NCBI GenBank assembly: GCA_040954595.2
Contig: CM082578.2
Span: 4,818,831 to 4,882,830, forward strand
DNA length: 64,000 bases
Direction: 5' to 3'
Source of the DNA: Balanoglossus misakiensis
Lineage: Eukaryota > Animalia > Hemichordata
Shown here: piece after piece, positions 1 to 13,859 of the stretch
How positions within the stretch are numbered: the first letter of the stretch is position 1
Layout of the letters: each line of letters opens with the position of its first letter
The notes under the pieces: model-generated
Databases searched by the model: none
Told to the model about the DNA's origin: nothing
Seen by the model: the letters and a program-made list of their open reading frames with translations, nothing else
Made by a program: the position numbers and the translations under genes

Positions 1-1839
1 CACAAGACCCAATTTTGTATCCTATTGCTATTAAACCTTTTACATTACCAAATCATACTTTCAAAATGTAGAATACTAGAAACTCATGCCTATATCAAGT
101 ACAGTAATGGAAAAATGACAAAGAACAGAGAGAGAGAGAGCAAGTCAAACAATATGCAATGGTGGTTTACATGTACTTTTTATTGTCTTGTTTACTTTCT
201 GAACACAACTGTTTCACACAAGTTTTTCTGTAATTCAAATTTTCTTGTCTCTTGCAGCTCTCAATGTTTTTATTGTGTGAGCCCCCTGATTTAAAAGGGA
301 TGCAACAAAGAAATAAACAATAGCTGAAAATTGCTGTAATTCCTTTTATTTGTTTGCCATTTTACCTTTTATAAGTGGGTGCAGCTATGAGTTGTAAAGG
401 CTCAATGGCAAACACCTGAAGGCTGCTGTATCCAGTGCGATTACATGTTAGTGCTAGTTTTCACACAGTGCTTGTTACGCGCAATGCTTATTGTGCCTAT
501 AGGACCCAACAACCTTCAGGACAATATGTTGAACAAATGGCAGTGAGAATTCAGGACTGTAATAATCAATATAATGGGATTTATTAGAAAATATTTTATT
601 TCAATGGTACACTTGTATGAAGTTGTGTTGGCGTACTGAAATGTACACGTTGCAATTTCATTTGAACCTGCTGCCCCTCTCTCTCTCTCTCTCTCTCTGA
701 CACAATTACAAAAAAAATCCATCAGAATATTACATTTGTAATACAGATCATACAACTGAGGTAGGAATTGATCAATGTTCAATTTCAAGCCATGGGAGAA
801 GTTCTGTTCTTGAAATGACGATGAAATCAAACAATGTTGGTTCAAGTCAGTGAAAGGAAAGTCATCTTGTCCAAGGAAACTTCTCTGCATCTAAAGAGCA
901 CTGCCTTTTGAATTCATACATGTATCCTCTTCGTTCCTATAAACAGAAAGAGGACATCACACTTACCTTGTATTGATTTATCATAGCAACTAAGAAACAT
1001 TTAACTTACGCACAGAAACAAAGATGTGCTTCTTTCAAACACTGATTAGAGGATGAGCTCCAGAATGCGAAAACGTAATCAGGTAATTTCTTAATCACTT
1101 TGTGATATGCTTGTTGGGTGCCCTTTGACAGCCAGACAACAATGTAATAAGTCAATGATCTGGTCCCAACTGTATTATTAATACATAGCCATGGGTGGAG
1201 TGTGATGCAAAGGGCAATACAATGTACTGCCAATACTTCATACAGTTTCCTCACATGGCAGATAAATATTGTGCCCCAGCTGATACTAATTTCAGAGTAG
1301 ACTCACTGCAGATCATGTGACACTACAGAACAAGAACTTGTGAAATCTGCTAAGTAAATGTATCAATGTAACGCTCATAACACAATCAACAGTATTTGCG
1401 GTATGTTTATTCAAAAGTAATAAACATATGAACTTGGATTTTGACATGTGAGAATGATGAGTCAGTCTCATATTGTTATGCAAATTTGTGGGGGACCAGT
1501 GGAAACAATCAGGTCACTACCAGAGTTCTGGGATCAGTGAAAAATTAAACAAATGTGCAGGCCCTGAATACTAATACATTTGTAGTAAAACAAGTTCGAT
1601 TGAATGACATCCTTGTATGAAGTTAAAATAGACATGTTGATCTGTATCAAAATATGCCAATTATTTTTGTGTCAACCAACACAATGGTAACATTTATTGA
1701 CCAAGAAGATTTCCTGTTTTCATGGACTATACAATGTCATATACCGGCTGCCATCCAAAATGAGCATTTACATTCTATTCTGTCATCCATGGGGTCTACC
1801 GACTCTGCAGGGGAAGACTAAACTTTATCTTATGTTACC

Positions 1840-3080
1840 TTTCACATGTGCGTGGCTGTTTTACATGCATTCACAGATCTACATGTCGGTTGGCAGGTGT
1901 TCATCATAAGAAAGAAACTGTTATCTGCAAAATGAAAAATATGTGAAGTATTTTACAGTCAAACAACACAAAACTAAAAAAAATCTATGGACAGATGATC
2001 TCCTGTCATCATGAACAATACAAGATGCCATTCTGTTGTGTGTGAACATATGCACAACCCAAATCTTGGCTTTTAATGGCAGTACTGGATCAAATTGCAA
2101 AATAAACTGCTGTGCATATCTATGCCACATTGTCTATGTACCAAGTTTTAACGAAATTGTGGTCAAGTCATATTAGTGTAATTGTACCACATGCCCTGCT
2201 AATGCTGTTTGCAGATTTAAATGTTACCTTAAATCTGCTTGGCTGTTTTACAGGTATGCACAGATCTACGTGTCGGTTGGCAGTTGTTGATCATCAGAAA
2301 GAAACTGTTATCTGTAAAAATGAAAAATAAGTCAATAGGTATGTTTTAGTCAAATAAGACAACACTAAAATGTACTATGCGAGAATACAAGATGCCATTC
2401 TGTTGTGTGTGAACGTATGCACGACCCAAATCTTGGCTTTTAATGGCCGTACTGAATCAAATTGCAAAATAAATTGCTGTGCATATCTATGTCACGTTGT
2501 CTATGTATACCAAGTATTAACGAAATTCTGGTAAGTCATATTAGAATAATTGTACCACATGCCCTGCTAATGCTGTTTGCAGCTGTACATGTTACCTTCC
2601 AAAACTCCTTGGCTGCTTTACAGACAGCACAGATCTACATGTTGGTTGGCACATGTTGATCACCAACAGAAACTGTTATCTGCGAAAATAAGACATATGT
2701 TAAGTATTTTACAGTCAAACAACACAACTCTGAAATGTATCTATGGACGAATCTTGGCTCTTTGTGGCCGTATACTGGATCAAACTGCCAAATAAACTGC
2801 TCTGCATATGCATCCCTTATTGATATGATTTTTGGGTCAAGTCATAATAGAATTAATGTACCACATGCCCTGCTAATGCTGTTTGCAGCTTTCAATGTTA
2901 CCTTCGAATTCTGCTTCACTGACTTTCAGGTTGCACAGATCTACATGTCAGTTGGCAAATGTTGATCATCAGAAAGAAACTGTTATCTGCAAAACCTGGA
3001 AATTAGACCAATAAGTATTAGTGTGCCAAATAATACAATGGTAAAATTTAGCATACGATCTGCTGTCTTCATGGACTGTA
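1840..3080. repeat. Degenerate tandem repeat, about 4 copies of a 300-390 bp unit
   Basis: Motif cagatctacatgtcggttggca...catcagaaagaaactgttatctg recurs at about 1873, 2261, 2630 and 2936. gtaccacatgccctgctaatgctgtttgcag recurs three times. Confidence 0.8.
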
Positions 3081-3839
3081 CTGATGCTTGTGAATGTATG
3101 GGAATAACTTGACTTTTTTGATATTCAGATCTCCATTGTGGTTTATAGATGTATTGTACTTCAATAACTGATTAAAGACAATTAATTTGCATACTCACAA
3201 CACAGGAATCATGTTACCTGGTTACCAGTTTGACATCTGAACCGGAGGATAAATTTCATCCTGGAAATCTGAAACTAACAAGAAAAATTGTGTAAATAGA
3301 CAAATATAACAGACAGCTACAGACTGCAACTTGGCTGCCACCAAACCCCAACATCTGCAACAAATAATAAATAGTAAATATTAATACATTATCAAAGACT
3401 GGGTGGGTTTTATATCACATATGGTATACTTGCATTGTGGTGTGCCTTCCATATGTTGGCTAATTAGCTAGCTGATGCACATCATCCGTTGTAAAACTCA
3501 AGGATCTCATAAACTTACTAACTTAATAAGTAACCCAATAAAGTAGACTTATAAATAAAACATGAAACTATCTCCACTTCCATGGGAGAAACATTAACAA
3601 ATCTCTCTCAATGACATACTGCCATGAGGGACTAAAAACTTAATTATCAACAAATAATTACAGAAGTTATCCCCTTTCTACTTGACATGTACAGTAATTG
3701 CTATATGACACCCTTATCACTACTCTAAGCTCCCTTCTGGAAAATCATTACAATTTTTGCAGAGTTGTGGGTTAAAAGATAACTACACAGTTCATCCTAA
3801 ATCTGCATATATTTAATATTATTTTAATTATTAATATTA

Positions 3840-3970
3840 TCATCATTATCACCTTATTTTTGTTACAACATGATCATCTCATTTTTTTATTTATCATCAT
3901 CATCATCTCATTTTTTATTTATCAATATTATTATCATCATCACCTTACTTTTGTTATTACATCTTTTTCG

Positions 3971-4014
<44 letters not shown>

Positions 4015-4070
4015 TCATTTTTTATTTATCAATATTATCATCATCACCTTACTTTTGTTATTACATCTTT

Positions 4071-4149
<79 letters not shown>

Positions 4150-4200
4150 CTACCACCACCACCACCACCAATGTCAACCATCAATATCATCATCATAACA
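3840..4200. repeat. (CAT)n microsatellite array with a locally duplicated spacer
   Basis: Long catcatcat runs; the spacer ctcattttttatttatcaatatta...caccttacttttgttattacatcttttt occurs twice. Confidence 0.95.
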
Positions 4201-7200
4201 AGTAGTATCAACAATTAACATCAAAACTGCCATCACCATCACCAACATTACAGGAATTAAATTCAAAATATTAAATGACCCACGAAAATCAGGATCTTTC
4301 TGCCAATGACAATCTAAAAAGTCTATCGTCTCTCGATTATTAAGCTAACTCTATTATGCTCTTAAAAATTATATGTTTGTTATCATCAGTACATTTTATT
4401 AGGTCTAAGAATATTAAACTTTCAACAGATAATTATTAATATGCATAGCTGACATCATACACTCTGAATGTGCATTTACTAAATTATTTTCCAAATCAGA
4501 CAAGCTTTCCAATACAAATGAATGCTCACTGCATTGGTGAAAAGAGGGAAAGACAACGAGCTGTTGGTGAAATTGACTGGATGCTTTAAACACAATACAA
4601 TACAGGTACACATCTGAAATACAAATCTTATATAATGCAATGTTTATCAAACAATCTGAAATGAAATCATGCATCCAATACAAATGTGATCAAAAATGTA
4701 ACAAGTTTGATAAATCAGACACTTTTACTAATCACCACTCTGGGTGAGCGGTTACATCATGTTTGTGAGTGCAAGGTATACAGTTTGTCTTGTTTGTGAG
4801 TGCAAGGTATGTATAAATGACATCCCCAAATCTGACTGGCCAGGTCAGAATGGGGACACCCACATGGAAAAATACATTAAATACCACAGTCTATCCAACT
4901 GCAGTGTCATTGCATTACATACATGAGTTTTGAGACAATATCTCAACAAAACAACTTATAATATATTATACACATTACAGTTAGTGCATGTGTAATTTCG
5001 ATTAGTTCATGTACTGACTCTTAATCTTAAGTCTTGACGCCATAATGAATCATCACCAATCAAGCATACCACCTGTAATCAGATTTAAGTAAAAAGAAAT
5101 GTATGTATTCTGATTTAAATATGGTTATTACTTAGATGCTGAAATGGAACACAAAAATACCACAGTCTATCCAACTGCAGTGTCATTGCATATTATGTGT
5201 AAAAAGTAGCACATGCATGTGATATGCATGTACATATCAAGCAACATTAAAGTGATACAAGAACAAAAGGGAATCAATTGAGACGTTACGTCGTACATTC
5301 CTAGAAAAAAAAGAAAACTTTATTTAATTAACAGTAACAGTTATATCAATGATGTTTACATACACCAGTCATAAATGTTTTCACCAACAGCTCTATGTAC
5401 TAGGGTCATCAAATTCTAATTTGTACACAGAACCATCTGTCTCATAAAACTCACAGAATTCACAGTATACAATATCAACTATGCATAATATTTAGGCTAC
5501 CAATTCTGATGATTTTTTAAGATGAATATGACTGCCTGGTTTGATGAAAATACATCAGTGTGTTATATACTGATGGTTAAATTAAACCTTCACTAACAAA
5601 TTATTCTATTACTTCATATCACTATTACCACAAAATTATTCTGTTACCTAGAACCACTATGACAACGAAATGCCAAGGTTAACACCCATTATTCTGGATT
5701 AAATTAAGACCATTAAGAATCAAATAATCACCTACCACACCATTCAAACGATATTCATCACAACAGTTTTCATCATAAAGTATCCTGAAGATCCACAGAA
5801 ATCTGACAATACCACACTGACGTACACGATGTAGAAACTACAGTCATAAAGTACTAATCATCATCATCATCATCATCATCATTGTAATCTTTATTATTTA
5901 TTATTTTTGTAATATCATCATTGTCTGCTTATTGTTGTTATTTTTTGTTGGGGTATTCTTGTTTAATATCTATTTTGAAACTTTATCATACCTTATCCAA
6001 CAAACACTCAAAATTATAATTTTCAGCAGTAATATACATTATTACATTTGATACTATTATCCCTGTCTATTATTGAATTATTTCTGAATTATTTCTGTAT
6101 TTTTGATTAAAATATTGTGTCAAACTGCAGTTTTCAAACTACAAATATACACTCTTACCTTAAAAACCCAATCCACTGGTGTTCAGTGGATGTCACCCTT
6201 GGTTCTATGCATTGTACAGTTCTCTATACACATTTCATTCACAAATTGATTGCCCTTATATTAAATTTGTCTATCAATTGTTGTTGATTTTAAAACATAT
6301 ACTAATGCGACTGACGGTGTGATCAATACAGTACACTCACCCTCCTTACCATAAATTTGCATTTTTATCATCCTGAAGTACATGCAAACTGAATATAGCA
6401 GATGCTTACCGTGTTTTGCAGCAGGCTAGTGTTTTCAATTCTGCACCATCCTGCAATGTACATTTCACAGGTGCCAAACGAAAGAATAAAAAAAACATGG
6501 ATCAATAAGAATTATACTTCCCTTCTCAATGATCAGCAGTAGCACATCCATTTCTGTAATCTTCAACTCCCCCAAGACTTCTCAGATCATATGGAAAGAT
6601 CCTCCTGCAAGAAAGTAGAGAAAAATTTTCAGCACAAAATAAAAACATTGTGCTGGTAGGAGAAACTCACTCATAAAATATCTTTATCTTTAAATGTATA
6701 AAGTTACACGAAAAAATAGCCATAGTTACATGTACCATGGGAAGATGCAATCCAGCCATGCAATCACAGATTTTCAGTAGGCTATTTGACAGAAGTGCAC
6801 CTATATACGGTATGATCATACAAATACATAATTGCCCTTTATGTAAATTAGAGGTGACTGTTTGTTGACTGTCTGTCCAGTCTGAGAGGATGCAAACTGT
6901 GAGGGCGCTGTCAATACAAAATGAGGACAATTCTCCTTCTATAAAACAACTATGGCAGGTGCCCTGTCACCCTGGATACATTGTGTTCGAAATATCGACC
7001 TGAAACCACAGGGGCATGTGATGTAACGTGTGCGAATTTAGGTACTATGAACTTAGTCATCACTGTTTATTATCATGTATTCAGCCAAGCACAAAATGTC
7101 ATTTTTGAAAAAATAATGGTTATTTTATCATTAATATACATTTCAACAACTTTCTGTATGCCGTGAATGGTATTTGGAAAAGTGTGTATTTGCAATTACT

Positions 7201-8139
7201 GCCTGCATGTGTATATAACAACACCATGGGCGGACATTAAGCATGGATTCAAGAATCAACTCCACTGTACATCAATTAAAAAGAAGGCGCACAGTGCATA
7301 GCCAGCTTGTCGTCTCAACTACGTCATTAGGCAGTGCCACACCTTCGAACTTCCCAGGCCAATCAATGTACTATAATTTTTAGGGATGTCACTGACCCGA
7401 ATTTGCATACAGATCAGTTGGTTCTTGCAGGTCAGATGACAAAATACCAACTTTCCTAACTAATAACAACATCTGTTCATCATTAGAAAGAGACAGGTTT
7501 ATTTGACCCATTTTATCGCTATAGCGATTTTTATTTTAAAAATCTGGTTTCTCATGGATATTGCATGCTATCCTGATTCGGTTTCCGCCCTTAGTATACT
7601 ATTATATACACACAGTTATGACAGAAAGGGCGAAGTCAGTGGTTTTCCTTAGAAACAATTATTAAATGGCTAGTAGCTAAACTCACAGAATTAAACTGCA
7701 GGCAAAATGGGATTCAAAGCAATGAATGTAAACAAAACTGAGCAACACACAGCACTCCGTACTCAGCTATATTTTCTGTTGACTCCGGTCGAAGCACATG
7801 AACACAAAATTATGCAGTACTGTAAAGTCAGAAGTCATAAAGTTTTCTGACATACAGCCAAGACAGGTTTCAGTCTGAGTAGACTGTACTTACAAAGTTC
7901 TGTCTCAAAGTCACTCAAACAAAACAGACTGTGAATAGCCCCGAACAGCAGAATGTGGTCCTCAGCTCTGAAGTCGACGGTACAGGGTGCAGTGAAATAA
8001 TAGCAGCCCGACCACAATGGCTCATGGCAGCATGAAAATGTATGCATGTCCATCAAATAATTAATTCATTAACACCTGTTTCACCTGATCACAGTAAACA
8101 AAAGAAATCTCACTACAGCCAGTAGAGGTCACGAAAATG

Positions 8140-9460
8140 TCATGTTTGTAACCTGTGCGCAACCAAAAGCAGTTTTTGTCAAATTGACGGTCAAAAATTG
8201 CTTCACTTAATCGTTCAATGAACTTTCGCATATCTTTATATGGTCATCCCAGGTGTCCGAATATATCACTACCTCGTCAACATAGGCGTCGCATCCATCT
8301 AGTCCAGATGTGACATCATTCATCATGTGTTGAAATGTCGCTGGTGAGTTTTTCATTCCAAAGGGCATCACTTTGAGTTTGTACTGGAACAATCCATCTG
8401 GTGTAACAGCGGCGGATATTTCTCGGGCACGATCTGTCAGAGGGACTTGCCAGAAGCCCTTGAAGAGATCAAATTTTGTTCCATACTTGGCTTTCCCCAC
8501 TCGATCAACGAAGTCATCAATCTTGGCAATAGGAAAAGTGTCTGACTTTGTAAGTGCGTTGACCTTTCTATAATCCATATACATGCAGTAGCTTCCATCA
8601 GGATTGGGAACGAGGATGCACGGTGAACTCCAGTTACTTACATGTGTTTGACGAAGTCATTGTCAAACAAATATTCCACTTCCTCTTAGAGGTATTTAGC
8701 TTTGTTGGGATTCAGTCTATGTGGATGTTGTTTCACTGGCCGAGAATCGCCCACATCAACATCGTGATGAATGGTGTTTGTCCTTGATGGAATATCCAGA
8801 AACAAATGTCTGTATTCGTGAATCAGTTCTTTCACATCTTGTTGTTGAGACGACTGGAGGTGTGACAACTTGGAGTCCATATCTTGGAGAATATCAGAGT
8901 TTTGGAGTCTGGCTGTGCTCAGTCGGTCAAATAGAATGTTCAACTTAATTTCCCCTATCATTACAAATATTAGAACTGACTGCATTGACAGGTTGTGCAA
9001 CTGCGTTTTTAGTATTAGACCTACTTCTTTCTATGTAGGGTTGAATCATATTTACATGACACAACTGTTTTTGTTTACGCCTGTCGGGAGTTTCCACAAC
9101 ATAATTTAGATCAGTCAACTTCTTATCAATGGTGTAAGGACCAAAATAGCGGGCTTGGAGTGGCTTTCCAGGAACCGGAAGAAAAACTAGCACCTTTCTT
9201 TTGGCCAGGCTCAAACTTCTGTTTTGAAGTATTTTTATCATATTTTGCTTTCATAGACCTCTGTGATGACTTCATGCTTTCCTTAGCCAATTCACATGCC
9301 CTTGAAAGTCTGCTACGAAAATCAGATATATATATTCTAAGAGGTTCAAACTCTCACTTTCATCTGATAAGAACTTAAATGGTCCCTATACAGTATGCCC
9401 ATACACAAGCTCAAATGGGCTAAAACCCAAAGATTCTTGAACTGACTCTTGCACTGCAAC
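8140..9460 (-). mobile_element. Degenerate Ty3/Gypsy LTR-retrotransposon pol fragment, Gmr1-like order (integrase C-terminus followed by RT)
   Basis: Minus strand gives ESVQESLGFSPFELVYGHTV*GP (about 9450-9380) and LQARYFGPYTIDKKLTDLNYVVETPDRRKQKQLCHVNM (integrase GPY/F module). These are followed by HHDVDVGDSRPVKQHPHRLNP and RT motifs MDYRKVNALTKSDTFPI, KFDLFKGFWQVPL, VMPFGMKNSPATFQ and AYVDE (degraded YxDD). Stops and frameshifts are present. Confidence 0.9.
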
Positions 9461-9922
9461 ATGAAGTTGACATAGTAACAGGCTAACTAATACTAATACA
9501 TTGCAAAAATGTATGAGGTCGTGATCTCTTTACCTGCCTGGTATTGACTCTTTGATGGTGACTTGTCAAAGGGTTGGTTAAGTGATTAGTACTATGTTGT
9601 ATAAAGTTGAACACATACCTAGAATCAATTGTTATAGGAGCTTTAAATTTTGGGGTTAAATCTATTTTGTTTGATTTCCCATTCATATTTTCATCCATGT
9701 ATATCTTCTTATAATCTACAGTGTGACTATAGATGTAACAGGAGATTTGAATCTGGATTATGACAAATGTGCTGATGAAGACCTGATGAGGACACAGACT
9801 ATGAACCCAGTACAGATTTAACCATACAGTGAGTATTTGCATTTTAAGAAGTCTCATTTTTAAATTTCTGGCCTACCTTCCCATTTTTTTTATTTGACCT
9901 TAACTGAAAATTCATTTTACAG

Positions 9923-10540
9923 ACCCCGGAGAATGGACTTAGAGAACCTGGCATCTGATAACTCAGAGAATGAGGATGATCAGGAAAACACTGAAGATAT
10001 AAATGAACAAGACGAAATATTTCCTGGTATTGTGAGAGTCAAAATGGGCACAGATATTGACAGCCTCCTTCAGGAAAAGTTTTATCTCACAACACTGCAG
10101 CAGCTTCTCTTGTTAGCCAAAACAGTGAGACAGTCAACGTGCCGTGAAGCAAATTGCAATGAAACTCTGACAATTTCAACTCAGTCTGTTCGGTCAGCTC
10201 TGTATTTATCATGGGTACGTGTACATTTTAGAATATGTTAATGAGTGATATTGCTCAATACATGCCTTATGTTCCAAACTCACAAATTTGTAAAAAAAAA
10301 GGAACTGAACAGTAACAGTAACTTAATAGCCAGCTTTTGTGCATCCGTTAGTGTTAAACTGTGCATAGTTGTAGAAAGGAAGTCAATATAAATAAAACAT
10401 TTGATGTATATTTATTTTAGGTTTGCCCATCTGGCCACATAGCTTATAAGTGGTGTTCACAACCTCTGCTGAACAGAAGGCTACAAAGTGGAGATTTATT
10501 GACGTCTGCCGCTATACTCACGTCAGGCAACAACTACAGT
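9923..10540 (+). pseudogene. Two-exon truncated relic of a DNA-transposon-associated protein (CxxGH..WxSQP...G(N/D)LLxSAAILxSGN motif)
   Basis: Exon 9923-10214 (AG acceptor, GT donor) splices in frame to 10421: ...CREANC...ALYLSW|VCPSGHIAYKWCSQPLLNRRLQSGDLLTSAAILTSGNNY, then similarity is lost. Family assignment (Kolobok/Mutator-related) is from memory and uncertain. Confidence 0.5.
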
Positions 10541-10968
10541 TATTCGCATTCAGTTCCAAGTTGCTACTGCTAAAACAATACATAAACAACAAGGAGAAAC
10601 ATTACAACCAATTGTTGTGTCAATGGGTAAGAGAAAATGGTCACATGTTCATTATGTTGCAACAAAATGCAACAAAATTTACTTTCACTTTTGGACATTC
10701 TACAGAGTATACTGGGTGATTTTAACATTGATATCAATAGTCGGAGTCCACAATATACATTTAACCCACTCCAAAAATATATGTGACATCTTTTGATACC
10801 GTACAGTTGATAACACATCCAACAACAGATTATGGCAGTACCCGGTACAATTGATTTGATATTTTCTAATTTCACACAATATTTGAAACCACATTCACTG
10901 AGTGTCCTTGGTCAGATCATAAAGCAATTCGACTTGTAATGCAATGACAAATACAAATGTGTCACAAC

Positions 10969-11174
10969 CAGTGTTTCATCTACACGGGGGATAGGGGATT
11001 CACCCCGCCCCATAGACATGTTGGCACCCTCTAGCAATTTGTCCAGGGGGGGGGGGGGGGACCAGTGACCCTTAAAATGATGTCACACACATGGTGAAGA
11101 TATTACAGTCCCCCCTTGCCAGAGTGGAATTCCCCTCAAATATTCTGGCAAAGGGGGACATGAATGAAACTCTG
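10969..11174. mobile_element. hAT-like MITE with a 6-bp target-site duplication (TSD)
   Basis: Terminal inverted repeats (TIRs) CAGTGTTTCAT / ATGAAACTCTG, flanked by cacaac on both sides. Confidence 0.7.
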
Positions 11175-11322
11175 CACAACTCACACTGTTCCAAAATGAT
11201 GCCTCAATTTTGGCAGTTTCCAATCTGAAAGCTCGATTAGCTATCTATTTTCTTTGCAATTTATTCGACAAATAACGATTTGACTTGAAACACCATAAAA
11301 AAATTCCTACTCGGTCATTATT

Positions 11323-12245
11323 CAGAGTTTCCGGTTACGCAAAAATGTGCGTAATACACGCAATGGAAAATTTCTATACGCATATTGAACCGACAAGTGC
11401 GTCTGGCGTACGCAATGAAATTGACTCTGTTTTCGCCATTGAAAGTTCGAGCTAACAAAAGACTCATCAAACGACCGACAAACTAGACAGCACCTTGTGC
11501 ACGCTTACATGTTTTGAATAAAATTGCAACATTCCAAACCATTTGCGCAGACGCTTGACCATAATAAAATGTAACAATTTTCGTTTAGCGCGCGTTCTAA
11601 TCATCATGCCATGCGTCACGTACGTGAGCCTGCGTACCTGTAATATCGATCAACATGGCGGCAAAACAGTCAACTTTATTTTCATTTAAATTTACGTCGA
11701 AATCCTATACTGATAATGGAAAGAAAGCCACTGAAATCGATGATTCGGAACACCAAGAGTCAGTGGGGGATGCCCTACCAGTGAAAAAAATGCGAGAGAA
11801 TGCAAAGACTGGCCACACAGAATTCAAAGATCAGTGGCTCGCCGAGTATCCGTGGTTACGGCACGACGTCGACGAAAGCGGCGGAAAAAAAGACACTCGT
11901 GCTTTTCTGTAAGGATTGTGAAAAATATGGCAAAAAGAATGCTTTCACGTGTGGTTCTCGTGATCTTCAAAAATCGGCCGTCAAACGGCATATGCAAGGC
12001 ACTGATCATAGAGAAGCGACGTCATTTGTCTGTAAACGTAAAATCACGTCAAAAGCTGTTTGGTCTGTTTCGAATTCTTTTTGGTTACAATGTGTGCCAT
12101 TTGAAGTGTTTTGCGTTGTTTTGCAACAGTCTGCTAATGGATGTGATATGAATACATTGTACGCATTTAAATCACCTTCGTACGCATTTTTATTGACCTC
12201 TTGCGTATGGCATACGCTTGGGGAAAAAAACTACCGGAAACTCTG
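11323..12245 (+). mobile_element. Non-autonomous hAT element carrying a frameshifted ZNF862-type N-terminal TTF zinc finger
   Basis: TIRs CAGAGTTTCCGGT / ACCGGAAACTCTG; flanks attatt / attatg; subterminal tacgca repeats. Internal ORF from 11655 reads FKDQWLAEYPWLRH, then a frameshift in an A-run, then LFCKDC...NAFTCGS..LQKSAVKRH...DH. Confidence 0.8.
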
Positions 12246-12380
12246 ATTATGTAAAACAAACAAAATTGCTGATGTGGCTACAAGGTACAACTATTCCATA
12301 TCCAACCAACAGAGGGCGCTGTTTAATTATTTCATGTTCGTGAAATTGAGACTGAAAATAACTGTAGTGCCAGTTACAAA

Positions 12381-12660
12381 ATGGCGTCTAAACAGACAGA
12401 TAGGCCACACATTGTCGGCTACATCATTAACGTCTCTCCTACCAAAACCTCAGCCAATAACAACAGGTATTTCAATGGAACTATTCAGACAGACAGGGAG
12501 TCATATCAGAATCCCGTTTGTTCTTCTGTGGACAAACACGAAATCTTGAATTCAGGCATGAAATCATCAAGCCCAGTGAGGCTTGACATGGTGAGCTTTG
12601 CACCTGGGAGAGCAAATCCAGCCATCTCCGACATATACAACTGTTTTATACACGCTCACT
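12381..12660 (+). pseudogene. Fragment of a probable OB-fold (RPA/SSB-like) transposon-cargo protein, N-terminal part
   Basis: VGYIINVSPTKTSANNNRYFNGTIQTD...VC....K...SSPVRL pattern. A second OB-like exon remnant (VNITAKILQ...KKQTVLVADSSGAIL) lies at about 13738-13852 between AG and GT sites. Fold assignment is inference. Confidence 0.4.
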
Positions 12661-13089
12661 GATCACCGCTTTTTCTGGAGAACTCCCATTCTCCAGAAAA
12701 ACTACAGAAACAAGAATAACAGAAATTGCATTGGTGGCTGGTATGGCTCAGGGATTCAATCCGATTTATAAGTATTTCAAATGTACACCTGAACCCTCAT
12801 TAGCATACTCTAGGTTTTTCAAGGGTGAGAAAATCCAATGACCTGCCACCATGCCATCAACCCCTACAAGGCGAGCAGAGGTCCTACAAAAAATGGTCAA
12901 TTCACCGCAGACAGCAAGAATATTGCTGAGAAAGGGAATAATACAGCCCCTTGAAGCTCGAAAGACTCTAAGGATGGGAGAAGTTGTCATGGAAAACATC
13001 AAACAGTAGCTGCATGAATTAAAGCCCAGCGGAGGGAGCAATTTCGAAAAAACTTCACGCATACAAGGTACTGAAGTCCAGTTTATCAA

Positions 13090-13450
13090 GTGCACCCCTG
13101 ACAGCTAAAATTAGGCTTCGTGGTTTAATGAAGAAATACTTTGACATCAGTAGAGCTGGCATACCCCACCAAAAAAGGAGTACTGCATGGTGGAAAAGTG
13201 TTCCTAGACAAAAACACAGGGACAGATTAAGTGACAAAACACGTGAAGAGGTGAGAGAGTTTTTCCTCTTACCTGAGGTGAGTAGGGAATTGCCATAGAA
13301 GAAAGGGGCCTTGCTAAAGAAATACAAAACCATTGTTCAAATGAATATCATGGTGTTAACAATGCAAGAAGCATATTCCCAATTTAAAGCACGATATCCC
13401 GACAAGAATGTGGGTTTTACATCTTTAAAATATTAAAGCCACATAATGTC
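13090..13450 (+). mobile_element. Highly decayed DNA transposase fragment (Sola2-like)
   Basis: EEVREFFLLPEVSRELP*KK ... TMQEAYSQFKARYPDKNVGF.. LKPHNV, with stops and frameshifts. Confidence 0.35.
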
Positions 13451-13859
13451 ATCATAAAACTTATCAGTCTGAAAAATTATACGTCACTTAGTATATTTTG
13501 TGACATCTTGTAAACAATCTGACCATAAAATGTGGGTGGGGAACACTGACCCCGTGAATATGAACTGGCAGTCAAAATCAGAAAAGGCACTGGTTCATTT
13601 GACCCCTAACCACTGTTAAATACTTACTTTACTCATCATAGACTATTGAGAAGCTAAATACTTGAGAATTCATCATGCAATATTGTAAAGATACTTGATT
13701 CACACACCCCTTGTATTTTTTTCCAAATATATTCAGGTGAACATCACTGCCAAGATACTGCAATTCACTGATGGCTTGAAACAGCAGCAAGTGGGGGGTA
13801 AAATGTTGAAGAAACAGACAGTGTTGGTTGCTGATAGCTCTGGTGCTATATTGGTAAGC

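Noticed and set aside
3860-4205. Poly-His/Ser/Ile ORFs
   Set aside because: Translation of the (CAT)n microsatellite.
9781-9810. CTGATGAG motifs (also about 21687 and 21787) as hammerhead cores
   Set aside because: No stem II followed by GAAA downstream.
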